Source: Narcine bancroftii (Eukaryota). Taken from it: a stretch of 64,000 nt of DNA. The DNA is taken from positions 7,378,001 through 7,442,000 of the forward strand of contig NC_091477.1 in the NCBI RefSeq assembly GCF_036971445.1, written 5' to 3'. The translations under genes were made by a program, and so were the position numbers. Under the pieces are notes generated by a model that had not been told where the DNA came from, made no database searches, and worked only from the letters and a program-made list of their open reading frames with translations. This document shows, in pieces, positions 36,364 through 48,222 of the stretch (within the stretch, counting starts at the first letter, position 1; each line of letters begins with the position of its first letter).

Positions 36364-37871
36364 AATTACTGCACAAGATAATCCTAAACTATCACTTCTC
36401 CTGAAGTGGCCCAGATACTTCACATCCTGTCACTTCTGACCCCCAAGTAAGCCTCTGCCTGCATCTCCTCAACATCCACTGCTGAATCCCTCAGCCTCCT
36501 GTATGGAAAACTGCAGCGTAGTTCCAGCCAGTCTCTGAGCCTCAAACCTGGTCAGATTGATGTCCATTCATAAATTTCTGGGTTTCTGTTAAGCTATGCC
36601 TTCTTTTAACTGATTTTTTTCCTCTTTCTCACAAATTCATTCCTTGACCTCTCCACTCCCATGAATGGAATTATCTAGGCTCCTTCAATTATCCGAATAG
36701 AATTGTCCACTATTGGCAACTGTTGCAATTCCCTCTGTAAAGCCCTCCACCTCTAAGGCTCTCCTCAAACCTACCTCGCCAACCATGCATTTGGTTGCCT
36801 GCCCAGAAAACCCTCTTAAGTTGCGTGGAGTGAATATTTGATGGTGCCTTTCTGAAGCGTCTGGGGATTTGGTTGCCTTCAGGGTGGTTTGCAAAATGGA
36901 ACTAAATTTCATTAAACTAATGTTAGGGAGGGAAAAATGAAGATGACAAAATTACTGTTTTCCACCCACCACACCCACCTCCCCAAACAAAAACCCAGTC
37001 TTTTCAGAAAGAGGCGTGAAAAGCCTTAGAGAATATCCCAGCAAATTTCAGTGCTCTGGACCTAAACATTGACTGGTAGTGAAATCGAGGAGCTGCACTT
37101 GAGTGAGATTTAAGCAGGGGGAGGGAATGCTTTCTGAGTAAAATGAAACTTCAAACGTGGGCCAAATAGCAAAGGACATGTGGGAGCAAAGTAAATCTGG
37201 TCTTGTAAAGACCGCAGTCATAAACTTGGTGTTTATTGGGCAGATGAAGCTGAAGTAGACAAGACCCGTACAAATCAAGTTTAAAACAAATATATATGAC
37301 AAAGGGTAAACTGAGAGAGATCTTTAAAAGTGTCAAAATGTGGAGAGAATCCTTGGACTTGTGAAGACAAAAAGAGAGTCCATAAATACAAGAGAATTCC
37401 CCATACATCCAATAGGCTTATCGGTTACCCAGAGAGTGCAGAGAAGGTGAGAGCTGTAGCCACAGGAGCAATCAAGGTGAAGCTGGATTGTGGAGGCAGG
37501 AGTACTGGTGGTGAGGAGAGGGTCAGTGGCAGAAGAAGGCAGCTCATTGCAAGCACAAAGACCAGCAGAGATAAGCCCAAATTGGTGGTCTGTTCCAAGA
37601 CCATCCATTGAGATGCAGCTCTGTGAATGTCACTCATTGTTACACAGCAGCAGTTAGAATCTCAGCCTCTGGCAGAATCGCCAAGTCTCTCAAAAGCTTC
37701 CCGCACCGTGAAGGAGGAGAAGGAGAAGGGGGCCCCCTCAGTTCGTTCCGTCAGCACCTTTGAGCGGGTGTCCATCTTTCTCTTCGCCTCTGCGTGCCTG
37801 CCGCTCCCTTGATGGCCCCCAACGTGCCGCTCCTGCTCCTTTAGTTACATTCCGTTTCCTTCACTCAGACT

Positions 37872-37900
37872 TCACTGGTTGTCAGGAATCTCCTTACCTC
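37872..37900 (-). CDS. Candidate terminal coding exon of an unidentified host gene ((R)GKEIPDNQ*; alternative frame EVRRFLTTSEV*, stop at 37865)
   Basis: Acceptor gttttgccccacag, followed by ~0.9 kb of repeat-free 3'-UTR-like DNA with minus-strand AATAAA at 37232-37237. Confidence 0.4.
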
Positions 37901-38209
37901 CTGTGGGGCAAAACGACTGGTTTTTGATACGGAAGGGAATAAGTTCATCACCAGTAGTGGCAGTTACTGCCCCTCACGCCCAAGTCCCGAGCTTAAAACT
38001 GGCCTCGGATTTTTGGTCAAAAATTTTAAACCAAGTTATAGAGTCACACAAGCATGGAACAGGCCCTTCCGCTCAACTTATCCATACTAGCCCAGTTGGC
38101 ATTCTGGGCCCTTCCCATCACCTGAGTTGGTCCATATCCTTCTAATCCTTTCCTACCCCCTCCTGGATGAACATAGAGAAGCTGCAATGTGTGGCCTTTG
38201 CCTGCTATC

Positions 38210-38365
38210 ATGGATTATAACGACCCTAATATTTCAATATGTAAGGCGACCCTTGAAACCCTCACAAATCTGGGGTCGTCTTATAGGCCAAATACAAAAA
38301 TGAGACCTTAAATTCAACTCAAATAAAAATGCTCGGCATAGATTCAGCTTATAAGATGACCCGAC
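38210..38365. mobile_element. pogo-like DNA transposon terminal fragment (related copy at 39485-39590)
   Basis: Shared ggggtc.tcttata...aaatacaaaaatgagaccttaaattcaactcaaa...tataagatgaccc with internal inverted motifs. Confidence 0.55.
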
Positions 38366-39234
38366 AGCACCTCCCCACCGCTAGGGCTGTGCTCCCTGAT
38401 TCCTCATTTTACAGTGGTAGCGCCTGAGGCCCCCCTCCCTTTGTCTGGCACCTGCCAATCAACTATCCTTCACACCGCCTTCATTCACCAATCCCCCAGT
38501 CCCCCTTGTCTGAACTCTACACTCTCAGTCTTTGTTAAAGGGGCTGGCCAGAAATATTGACCATTCCTTTTCTCCCAGCTACATTGCTCCAGATTTCAGA
38601 TCCTGCATCCATGGCAATAAATATCTGGCTTAAGGGCAGTTAAGCACTCAGAAAAATAATCATCTCTGTCTCAGATCAAAAGTTTAAATTGATCTTGATC
38701 AGATGAGGACACGTTTTATTTTTGTGTCACTACTAGAATGAAGAAACTGGGTTTCCACATCTCATCTGTCACTTGTCCCAAATCAGAAACTGTACACCTC
38801 TGAGGTGAATCAGATAACATAATAAATCTTCAAAAGCATGGGAGAAACCCTGCAGGTCAAGCAGCATCCATAGGAAGTCAAGGGTAAACAAAGTTTTGAG
38901 CCTCATTCCTGAAAAGGACATCCAGCATCTGCATGTCCCCCTTGACTTGGATTTTTGACCTTCCAGGATTATTCCTGGAATTGAAGATTACCACTCCAGA
39001 CACAAAGGGGGTGGGGTGAAGAAAGAGGCTGCAGCCCGAGACACAATGGGGGTGGGGTGGTAAAAGAGGCTGCAACCACTTTTGTGGCTCGAGAAAATTG
39101 AATGCAGAAATTAGACTGATGTACATGGGGAAATTCTGAGGGGGGGGGTGGTGCTGTATGATTAGTGGTGCCATCAGTCAAATGTAACATTGGCTCGACC
39201 AATGCCACTCACTTTTTTTTAAATTTAAACATTT

Positions 39235-39467
39235 AAATTTACACATACAGCAAGGTAACAGGCCATGTCGGCTCACAAGTCCATGCTGCTCAATTTACAC
39301 CCAATTAGCCTACACCCATACGTTTCGAACAGTGGGAGGAAACAAGAGCCCTCGGGGAACATCCATGCAGACACGGTGAGGACGTACAAACTCCTTACAG
39401 AGATTCGAACCCTGGTCCCGATCGATGGTCCTGTTACAGCATTGCACTAACTGCTATGCTAGCCGAG
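39235..39467 (-). mobile_element. V-SINE
   Basis: cgtacaaactccttacaga..gattcgaaccc, the reverse V-domain and B box. Confidence 0.75.
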
Positions 39468-40339
39468 CCTTGGGAATGAGGGTCAACACTCAAAAATCAG
39501 GGGTCATCTTATAAGCTAAATACAAAAATGAGACCTTAAATTCAACTCAAAAATATTGCTTGGCCCAGATTCAGCGTATAAGATGACCCTTCACTTCTTA
39601 TGGATGTTATTTTACCTGCTGAATTTCTCCAGTGCCTTTGAGGATTTATTATCTGATCTCTTCCACTTTCCTCTTTGGGATATATTGCTGTGATACAGCT
39701 TTCCTTGAACCCTTCCCCCCCTTGCCCCTTTAAAATGGAAAGAGTACAAGCCAATATGCTGTAAAATAGAAACAGCAAGAGATTGGGTGTGCAGCATACC
39801 TGTTACCTCTTGCAGGGTTCTTTTGCTTTTACTGCTAGATATTTTTAATGCTAAATTGTGTTTTGAAGAACTGTGACAGAACAAAAGTGCTGCAGGACAG
39901 CAGTGGGATGATTATCTGCGCTGCTGGCATTCTCTGCTTCAAAAGTTCTGAGGCCAGCTTTGACCTTCCATTGCCCTCAGGCAAGAACTCACCGAAGTGC
40001 AGGCATTGCCCTAGGTCTATGTAAGGCTGCAGATCATAAAGTGTATTTGCCGGAATGTCCAGATATCTGGAGCATTGCCAGATCATCTGTGTGCTCCGGT
40101 TCTACTTCAGAGGGCCGTGGAATTGCCACATCTACCTGTCAGATTAAAGGGATTAGTGGATACAAAATCTGCAGATTGCACAGTAATGCTTGTGGCTATG
40201 TGGTCTCAATGGTTTCCCCCCCCCCCGCCAGATTCCCCATCATCCATCCTCTCTGTCGCTTCAACAACATGCCCCACACACTCCAGTTTCCCTTCATCCA
40301 TTTCCCATATTTGTGCATCAACATCGCAGCAATGCACTT

Positions 40340-40648
40340 CACAAGATCACAAGATATAGGTGCAGAAGTAGGCCCATTGAGTCTGCTCCGCCATTCTAAT
40401 TATGAGTCGATCCATCCTCCCACTCAGCCCCACTCTCTGGCTTTTCCCCTGTAACCCTTGATGCCCTGACTAATCAAACACCCATCAATCTCTGCTTTAA
40501 GTAGACTCAACGACCTCACTCCCTCAGCCGCCTGTAGCCATAAATTCCACAGACAAATGATCCTCTGACTAAAGAAACTTTTCAGCATGTGTTTTAAATT
40601 GATGCCCTTTATTCTGAGCTTATGCCCTCTTGTCCGAGAATCCCCTTT
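40340..40648 (-). mobile_element. CR1 LINE 3' fragment
   Basis: Minus-strand translation GDSRTRGHKLRIKG...FFSQRIICLWN...LKAEIDGCLISQGIKGY. Confidence 0.8.
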
Positions 40649-42379
40649 ATTTGTTTGCATGTACATATCTTTGTGAGTACACTTTTTTGCATGATCAATA
40701 AGCGGTAATTCTGCCTCGCTCACAGGAAGGAAGTATCTCACAGTATGATATCTACAGTATGTGATCCCATGTAGGTACTCTGAAAATAAATCCGAACTTT
40801 AAATCTGCTCGGTTTAATAACTCCGTCCCCCTGCCCCACCTCTTTGTTGCAGTCTTCTCCAACCCAACATCTTTGTGCTCTTCCTATTTTGGCCACGTGT
40901 TGCAGCCCCTCATCCTGTGCCTCAGCCTTGGTGGCTACACCATCAGCTGACTGAGCCCAAAACCCCTCAAGTCGCCATGCCAACCTTTCTTCCTCCAAAA
41001 TTCTATAAACCAGACCACTTGGGCCACAAGGGAGCCCATCAAAGGATCATTGACCTAAAATATGAACTGCTTCTCTCTCATTATGTTCTACCCATTCTCC
41101 TGCTGATGGTGTTTTCTGTTCTTACATCTTTGGCCACACATTGTGTCACACCACATCGCTCAGAGTCAACTCCAATTTAATTGTATTCTCATGTATGTAA
41201 AGAGAGCAATCAAAGTTGAAAATGTTGTAATCAACAGTAAACTGTCATCCAGACAGAGGGAACCTATACTGCGATGTTGAGTCAACTTTGATGGAGATGG
41301 ACTGGAATCTATTCAAAAAGTTGAAGCCTGGTATCAATCTCTAGCCTGAAATCAAGAAAACTGCCTATTCGCCACAGGAACTCACAATCACCCACCAGTG
41401 GGGGAAACTGCCCATTAAATGCACAGAAGTTTATTTATTTATTATTGAAAGGACACGGTAGAGCTTTGGTCGACCCGGTTCTCCACTGGAAATCCTGCAG
41501 CCTACAACATTGCGCACGAGTGCCACAATTCCTGTCGAAGGAAGGGCACAGTCTGTGACAGATATGCAAATCACACTTCCAGCATCTGCAATGTGTCATG
41601 GTGATAACATGTCTGGAAGAGAACAGTTCATGGATTTTAATAATTCTCCCTGTCCAAACTCTTATTTTCTACATCGGTAGCTGAATAAATTTAACAGCTG
41701 AATGGGAGTTTCAATACCGTTTTTTCCATTTTCATTTTGTCCACAATGGTTAATAAAATCCTTTAAACCCCAGTGTAGAAGCTGGTTTTCCGTGTATCTC
41801 TCTGCATTTGAATGGCCTTGTAGTAATCCCACGTATACAGGGATGAAACAAGCCAGCACCCAAATCTACAGTGTAAGACACTTCTTTACACAAGCCCCAC
41901 AGACAATCAAAGAGAGGGAACCCCACCACAGAATAAAGTGCAATTAGACACCATTGCTTTCAGTCTTATTTTGTAAAACAGTGGAGGATCTGTTCTGAAA
42001 CCAAGACCACCAGAGGGTGACTTTTTAATTCAAGGAGTTAGTGCAAAAGAGTTGACAACCGAGTCATCGCCCAGGCCAATCTTAATTGTGGTGTGTATAC
42101 ACACCACTCTGCAGCGTATAGACTATCCGTCAGTGTTCTGTCAATGGATGCACTGTTCATTTGAATAACTCCTGGGCCAGGTCAGTTGTTCGAGCAAAAT
42201 AAAGTGATGTGAATTGTCCCACATCCATTTGAACATGAGATCATAAATCAAGACGTTTTCCTTTCCTTGGATAAAAGAAACTTCTGTGGATTGTGCAAGA
42301 ATAGTTTCGCCGGCTGTATGCCGTGGGAGTCAGCTCCTTTTGGAAAGGATAAGAGAAAAGCTGGGACCTTCCTACTTAC

Positions 42380-42412
42380 TGCGACGGGAATGGGATAATC
42401 CTGCTGAGTTAT
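42380..42412 (-). CDS. Candidate 33-nt micro-exon ((D)NSAGLSHSRR in phase 1; ITQQDYPIPVA in phase 0)
   Basis: Strong acceptor ctatcctttccccag and consensus donor /gtaagt in unique DNA; length divisible by 3. Confidence 0.5.
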
Positions 42413-42989
42413 CTGGGGAAAGGATAGTAGTGGAATGAATATCTCTCCTGCTCGTGTGACTTGTTTTTGAACAGACATTGTGAAATTACGAAGGTCTTTT
42501 GTGACTCTCGTCTCGTCAAGCTTACAAGTGAGCTTCTCTTCCCTGGTTTGGGGCAAATCTTTCAGCCTGAAAGACTGTGCTCTTCATTAGTCATCGAGTC
42601 ACATTGCACAAGGCAGGCTCTCCATTCCCTCAAGCCTATGAGGACCATCAAGCATTCTCCACACTAATCTGACAGAAATCCTATTTTTTTTCCTGTCGTT
42701 CCTGGGAACTACCCCTAACCATTCTTTTACTGATGAACCAAGAATTACAGTGACCATTTGGAAGGCCAAAGCCCTTGCGTCTTTGGGGATGCGGGAGAAA
42801 TCCAGAGCACTGGAAAGAAATCCCTGAGGTCGCAGGGAAAATGGGAAATGCCCAGAGTTATGATTGAACCCAGGTTGCTGGTGTGATGAAGCAGTAACTC
42901 TGCACTCTGTGCCACCATCCTACTGTTTGCTGTGTTCTCTGGCAGCAGCTTAACAAAGTCTCCGAAATGGAGTTCTCAACATCAATGTC

Positions 42990-43522
42990 TGCCGCACAGC
43001 GTGGATCTCCCAGTGGCCACCCATTTTAATTCCCTGCCCCAGTCCCACGCTGACATGTCTTTCCAAGGTTCTCATGCACCACCAAACTGAGACCACCTGC
43101 AAATTGGAGGAACAATGCCTCATCTTCTATCTGGGCACCCTCCAGTCAGATGGCATTTACCAATTTTTCCAGTTTCAGTTAAATAACCCCCTCCCAATCT
43201 CCTTTCCCCTATCTCCTTTCCTCTCTCTCTTTTCCCTTTACTTGTCTCCTTTCAAGAGCCAATATCAATTTTCAACTTTTTGCTTATATACAATTATCAC
43301 CTTTTGACTGTTGGTCTGGACTCCTCCCCTTCAATTCTTCTCCCTTTCCTTCCACAGCCTTTAATTCAAGTTTCTTCACTCATACCTCGAGGAAGGGTGC
43401 AGGCCTGAAACGTCAGTAATATATCTTTACCTCCTCTGGATGCTGCGAAACCTGCTGAGTTCTTCCAGCGCTTCTGTGTTTTGATGAGAATCGCGGCATC
43501 TGCAGACTTTCGTGTTTCACTA
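42990..43522 (+). mobile_element. Penelope-like element 3' fragment with GIY-YIG tail and hammerhead-like pLTR
   Basis: PVATHFNSLPQSHADMSFQG..HHQTETTCKLEEQCLIFYLGTLQSDGI, then catacctcgaggaagggtgcaggcctgaaacgtcagta. Confidence 0.8.
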
Positions 43523-43569
43523 ACTTCAAATTCTTATTCTCATCAACCAGACCACCATCACACATCACT

Positions 43570-43900
43570 AGCCCCCTTTCTACTAGTACCTTACCCCAGG
43601 AATTAATGGGGTATTAACTGAAACAGGGCCAAATCACGCCAGGATTGATGGCCTGGACCCCTACTCATATCCCTGGTGTCAGCTGACACGGCGTGTCAAT
43701 TAAACCAGTGGAAAAAAGACAGCACAAAGTCACCTGTTTCCAGTTGACAGCAGACTCACTGATCCCTGGAAAAGAGTTGTGTTCAGTGGAAGAGCAGTCA
43801 ATGTCCCGGTTTAAAGTGGCTCAGTCAAAACCGCACTAAAGGCTTCCTATCCCGGAACACTGCATGACCAATTAACTGGGATGCCAGTGGAAAATGGGCT
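43570..43900. mobile_element. PIF/Harbinger-like MITE
   Basis: Termini agccccctttctactag / ccagtggaaaatgggct, internal cagtggaa repeats; same family as 1-188. Confidence 0.6.
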
Positions 43901-44159
43901 ATAGATTCTCTCCTCCTGACCTTCTCCAAAAGTCCCAGTCGTGCTCGAAAATGCCAAGGTCCTTGGCTCTGCAATTCCTTCCCCTCGCCTCTTCAACACC
44001 AAGAGAGAACTGTCAGTACTATTGCAGTTCCATTTTTATTATTACACTGTGGTAACTGCAAATGTTTATTATCTATTAATTTTTTTAGTATTTATTATCT
44101 CTTTTCTATTTAATCTAATGTATACATTGGTAGTGTATTATTTTTTAACCAGCACATAA

Positions 44160-44535
44160 AAATTTTGGTGCATTTTCAGATTTATTGTGAGAGTACACGC
44201 ATGAGATCACGTACTGCCCCAGCATTCTCATTTTTCCTGTGTGTGAGGCAGAATTACCACTTACTGGTTGTACAAAATAAAAGTGGCACACAGCGTACAC
44301 ACATAAAGAAATAAAGAAATGTAAACAAACTGACTGTGCAATACAAAAAGAACAAAAAGAAAATCGACAAAGTGCACAAGAGTCCTTCAATAAGTCTCTG
44401 ATTGACTTTGTCATTGAGGAGTCTGATGCTGGAGGGGGTCACAGCTGTTCCTGAACCTGGTGGTGTGAGTCACGTGGCACCTAGTTGGCAGCAGCGAGAA
44501 CAGAGAGTGGGGTGGGTGGTGTGAATCCTTGATAT
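44160..44535 (-). mobile_element. Rex1/Babar LINE 3' fragment
   Basis: Reverse-complement match to the 3' UTR at 11690-11975. Confidence 0.75.
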
Positions 44536-45110
44536 TAAAAATACATTGTATAATATAAATGACAATAAATATTATCATTCTGCAAGATGCTTAAAATGTC
44601 ACTCGCCAAACTTCACTCGTCTATAGTGGAAAAGCAATGAAGATTCACCACTTTGATTTCTTCAATTGTAGACCTGTCACATACAGTGAAATTAGGTAGG
44701 TCAAGACTCTATTGTCTGAAGTTTAGGAACAGACCTCATTGGAACCTTCTTCAAGGGCGATATGGGTTAGGTGCTGGAGTCATTTTTTTCCCTCATTGGG
44801 GAGTCTAGAACTAGGGAGGTCACAACCTTAAAATAGGGGGTAGGCCATTTAGGGAGGTGGTGAATAATCTTCAATTAGAGGATGGTGAACCTTTGGAAAT
44901 TTTCTACCTGAGCGCTGTGAAGGCTCAGCCATTGATTTCATTGTGATTGCTATATTGTGTGAGGAATTAAGGGATTCGAGGATTGCTGGGATATTATATT
45001 GGGGCAGAAGATCAGTGATGATTGCACAAGACAGCACAACAGGATGGAGAGGCAGAATGACCATTTCAAGCTAATGTTTCTTCTGTGGTAATGTTAATTT
45101 TTTAGCTATA

Positions 45111-45571
45111 CAGGTGCTCCTCAGCTTGCGATGGGGTTACAGTCTGGCAAACCCATCGTAAGTCAAAAAAAGAGTACAGTTATACCTTGTATTAACACCG
45201 ACAGCGCTCTGATCCCAGTATCCCGCTCTCTCCAATAATGCTGTATCAGTCCCCACACTGATCCCACTATCCCGCTCTCGCCCCACAGCACTGTATCAGC
45301 CCCCACACTGATCCCACTGCCCCACTCTCTCCCGACAGCACTGTGTCAGTCCCTGCAAGCTTTCCGATTGAACTAAAAGACGTGACTGACCAAGGAGGTA
45401 CAAAGAATTCACCAGAGAGGTATTATCAACGTTTATAGGAAAAAATCAACGATGCTTGCTATCACCTTACTTTAATGCATTGCGTGCAAGTAAGTAACGG
45501 CATTCATTTTATTGTACCATCGTAACTTCAAAAAATCATACGTTGGACCATTGTAAATAGGTAAGCACCTG
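45111..45571. mobile_element. Tigger-like MITE with internal ~50-bp tandem repeats
   Basis: TA-caggtgct...agcacctg-TA; three units of ctgatccca.ta.cccgctctc..cagcactgtatcag at ~45205-45355. Confidence 0.75.
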
Positions 45572-45738
45572 TACAGCATGGAAACAAGTCCTTTGGCTCA
45601 ACCTGTCCATGCAGACCAACTTTCCTTTCTCTAACTTTTTTAATTTATCAGTATCAGACATTTTGGCTAGAACCATAATTATGATTGATCTGAAAGTGGG
45701 GAATTCTCAACTCAACAGCACTGCAGGAGCAACTTTAC

Positions 45739-45771
45739 CTGTAGTTGTTGAAGTAGGGGATTTGTCACCAC
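45739..45771 (-). CDS. Candidate 33-nt micro-exon (GDKSPTSTTT in phase 1)
   Basis: Acceptor ttacccttcctaag, donor CAG/gtaaag; in frame with 42380-42412 and the 37900 exon. Confidence 0.4.
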
Positions 45772-45859
45772 CTTAGGAAGGGTAATTTGGGATGGTCACT
45801 AGGCACTCAAGTCATGTTCATAAAATTAAACTAAAAACTACATACTTAAATGAACTGTC

Positions 45860-46005
45860 CAAATGTGCTGGAGAAACTCAGCAGATCACACAGCGTCCAT
45901 CGGAAGTAAATGTTTCGGGCCTGAGCCCTTTATCCATCCTCAGGCCTGAATCGTTGGCTACCCTTTTCTTCCGATGGATGCTACTTGACCTGCTGAGTTC
46001 TTCTT
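45860..46005. mobile_element. Penelope-derived short element, inverted pair
   Basis: gagaaactcagcag..ccatcggaag on the left versus cttccgatgg..ctgctgagttctt on the right. Confidence 0.6.
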
Positions 46006-46204
46006 GTTCAACCACATATTTAAATGAAAGTTATTCATACTCGACTCAACATTTCAAAATGTCAACTGAAGAATCGAAAGAGTGGATTCTGTCAGTTGAA
46101 ATATATCTCAGGGGCCTTCATAAACAAAATGGAGGTGTACAAGTTTGCAGCAGCCACTTCAGGTGCTGACGACAAGGAATAACCACCCTTTACTACTCGT
46201 CAAC

Positions 46205-46850
46205 TGTAGCAAAAAGAGTGGTGAGCATCAAGTTCGTTGGAGTTCATTTAACTAGTGACCTATCGTGGACACTCAACATCTCCTCACTTGTCAGGAAGGT
46301 ACACCTGCACTTAAGTTTGAAGCGGGCAAGGCTACCAGCCACCATTAGGTCAACCTTTTATCGGAGCTCCATTGAGAGTCCTGGTGGGTTGCATCACAGA
46401 GTGGTACGGTTGCTGCAGAGAAATAGATCGAAGGTCAATCCGCAGGACCATAAGAGTGGCAGAGAGAATCAATGGCGTTTCCGTCCTCCACCTTGCCATC
46501 ATCATGATCTACCAGGATCGTTGTCTGAAGAGAGCGCGCAAGATCATTGAGGACCCCTTTCCACCCTAGATCTTTCAGCTGCTCCTGTCAGGAAAAAGAG
46601 CCAACACCACCAGGCTGAGGAACAGCTTCATCTTCATGCTGAATGACCAAAGGAATTGCTCATACTAACGATCATGTTCATGAAACAATATTTATTGATT
46701 TGTATCGATTAATACTTGTCCTGTGTATGTATTTTCTGTCTGTATGTGTTATGTCTGGATGTGTGTCTGCATGTTTTTGCACCAAGGACCAGGGAACATT
46801 GTTTGGTCAGGTTGTACTCGTACAATCAATGATAATAAACTTGACTTGAA
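46205..46850 (+). mobile_element. Rex1/Babar LINE 3' fragment
   Basis: KFVGVHLTSDLSWTLNISSLVRK..RARLP..STFYRSSIE..VLVGCITEWYG, plus tail. Confidence 0.85.
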
Positions 46851-47334
46851 ACACTTGCATTATTACGTCATGTGATAAATTCATTATTGTGCTTTCCAGG
46901 AATATCAATTTGAGACTTAAAATGCACGTCGCATTTTTAAATCCAGCTCCAAGGGTTGAAGGAACATTTTAAAGGAGGGAAGGGGAAGGGGGGGGTTAAT
47001 GGAGCAAATTCACAATTGAAAGCACGTAGTAGAGGTAGGGTGAATTCTATCCATAGCACCAGTCATGGACGAGCACAAAGATGTGGGGTAACAGTTGAGC
47101 GGGATGAAGGGACAGAGGCAGGGAGCGATGAGACCAGGAGCAGATTGGAAACTGAGGAAAAAAACAACGGAGGAACCTTTGAGATTTAAACACCAAATCT
47201 CCGGAAATTGATATAATTTAAGGGAAAATCAAATTCTTTACATTATCCTTTCTTTCCATTTCAAACCTTTAGAATAAATCTGCAGTGAAAGAAGAAAACA
47301 GCACCGATCATGTGATAAGATCGCTAAGAACAAA

Positions 47335-47572
47335 GGGCGGCGCAGTTAGTGGAGCCGTTCGCGCAACTCCAGCGAACGGGACCGGGGTTCGAATCCCTTG
47401 CTGTCTGTAAGGAGTTTGTACATTGTCCCCGTGTCTGCGTGGGTTTTCTCCAGGTGCTAAGGTTTCCTCGCACCCTTCAAAACCTGTAGGGGAGTTATAG
47501 GTCGATTAGGTATAATTGAGTGGCATGGGCTCGTGGGCCGAAAGGTCCTGTTACCATATTCTAAGTCTAGAT
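47335..47572 (+). mobile_element. V-SINE
   Basis: gggcggcgcagttag..ggggttcgaatcc..gctgtctgtaaggagtttgtac. Confidence 0.8.
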
Positions 47573-47772
47573 TAAACTAAATCAAAACATCTCTAATCAA
47601 AGTTGACAATGCTTGTTGCCATGACAGCTTAATCCACTTTGACGTTGCACCACGACTTCCACTTCCCTTCTGCCATGAGTTCGAGCGTAAGCTCTTCAAA
47701 TACCTCTTATCACCCCAAATCTGATCTCCAGGCTCCTTCTAGCCAGTCTCCAATAGTTCACTTCATTTCAAT

Positions 47773-48222
47773 AAGCCCTTTAAAACCGCTGTGAAAAATG
47801 GGATTAACCAGGCAATTTGCCCAGTTAGCGCCCCAGTTATGTGGCAGTTAGAAAGGGTCTGACCCAATCAACCTCATCAGAACCCAAAAGGATCCCTGAC
47901 CCACCTCAGAGGTAGTTAGGTAACCCAGTTAAACTTACCTAGGTTGTGTCCACGGGCGATTTGAACAGGAAAATGACTAACCCGCTTATTCCGGTGATGT
48001 CAGCGCTTGCTTGCCTGCGTCACTGGGCAGCCTGCATCAGAACATCCGGTAGTACTTATGGTGAATGCATGACGTGTCATAATTGGGGTGCGACCCCCTC
48101 CCCTTAAATTTCCGGGTTGGTGATTTAATGGTTTGATCCCCCTGCGATTTAAAAGGTGCTTCCAGCACCTTTGCCCCAGTCATCGCACCTGGGTCCCAGG
48201 AGGAGAGATACCTGGTTAAACC
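47773..48222. mobile_element. Harbinger-like MITE
   Basis: Starts agccctttaaaaccgc; the interior is the reverse complement of 28300-28690. Confidence 0.6.

Noticed and set aside
37660-37775. Small ORF MDTRSKVLTERTEGAPF... with a good Kozak context
   Set aside because: It is 37 codons long, lies in a putative 3' UTR and has no recognisable homology.
39615-39758. Minus-strand exon with a good acceptor
   Set aside because: The apparent donor lies inside a Penelope-derived repeat (ctggagaaattcagcagg) and the translation is unrecognisable.
47335-47400. tRNA gene
   Set aside because: The A/B-box-like head continues into the V-SINE core and has no complete cloverleaf. The same applies to the other SINE heads.
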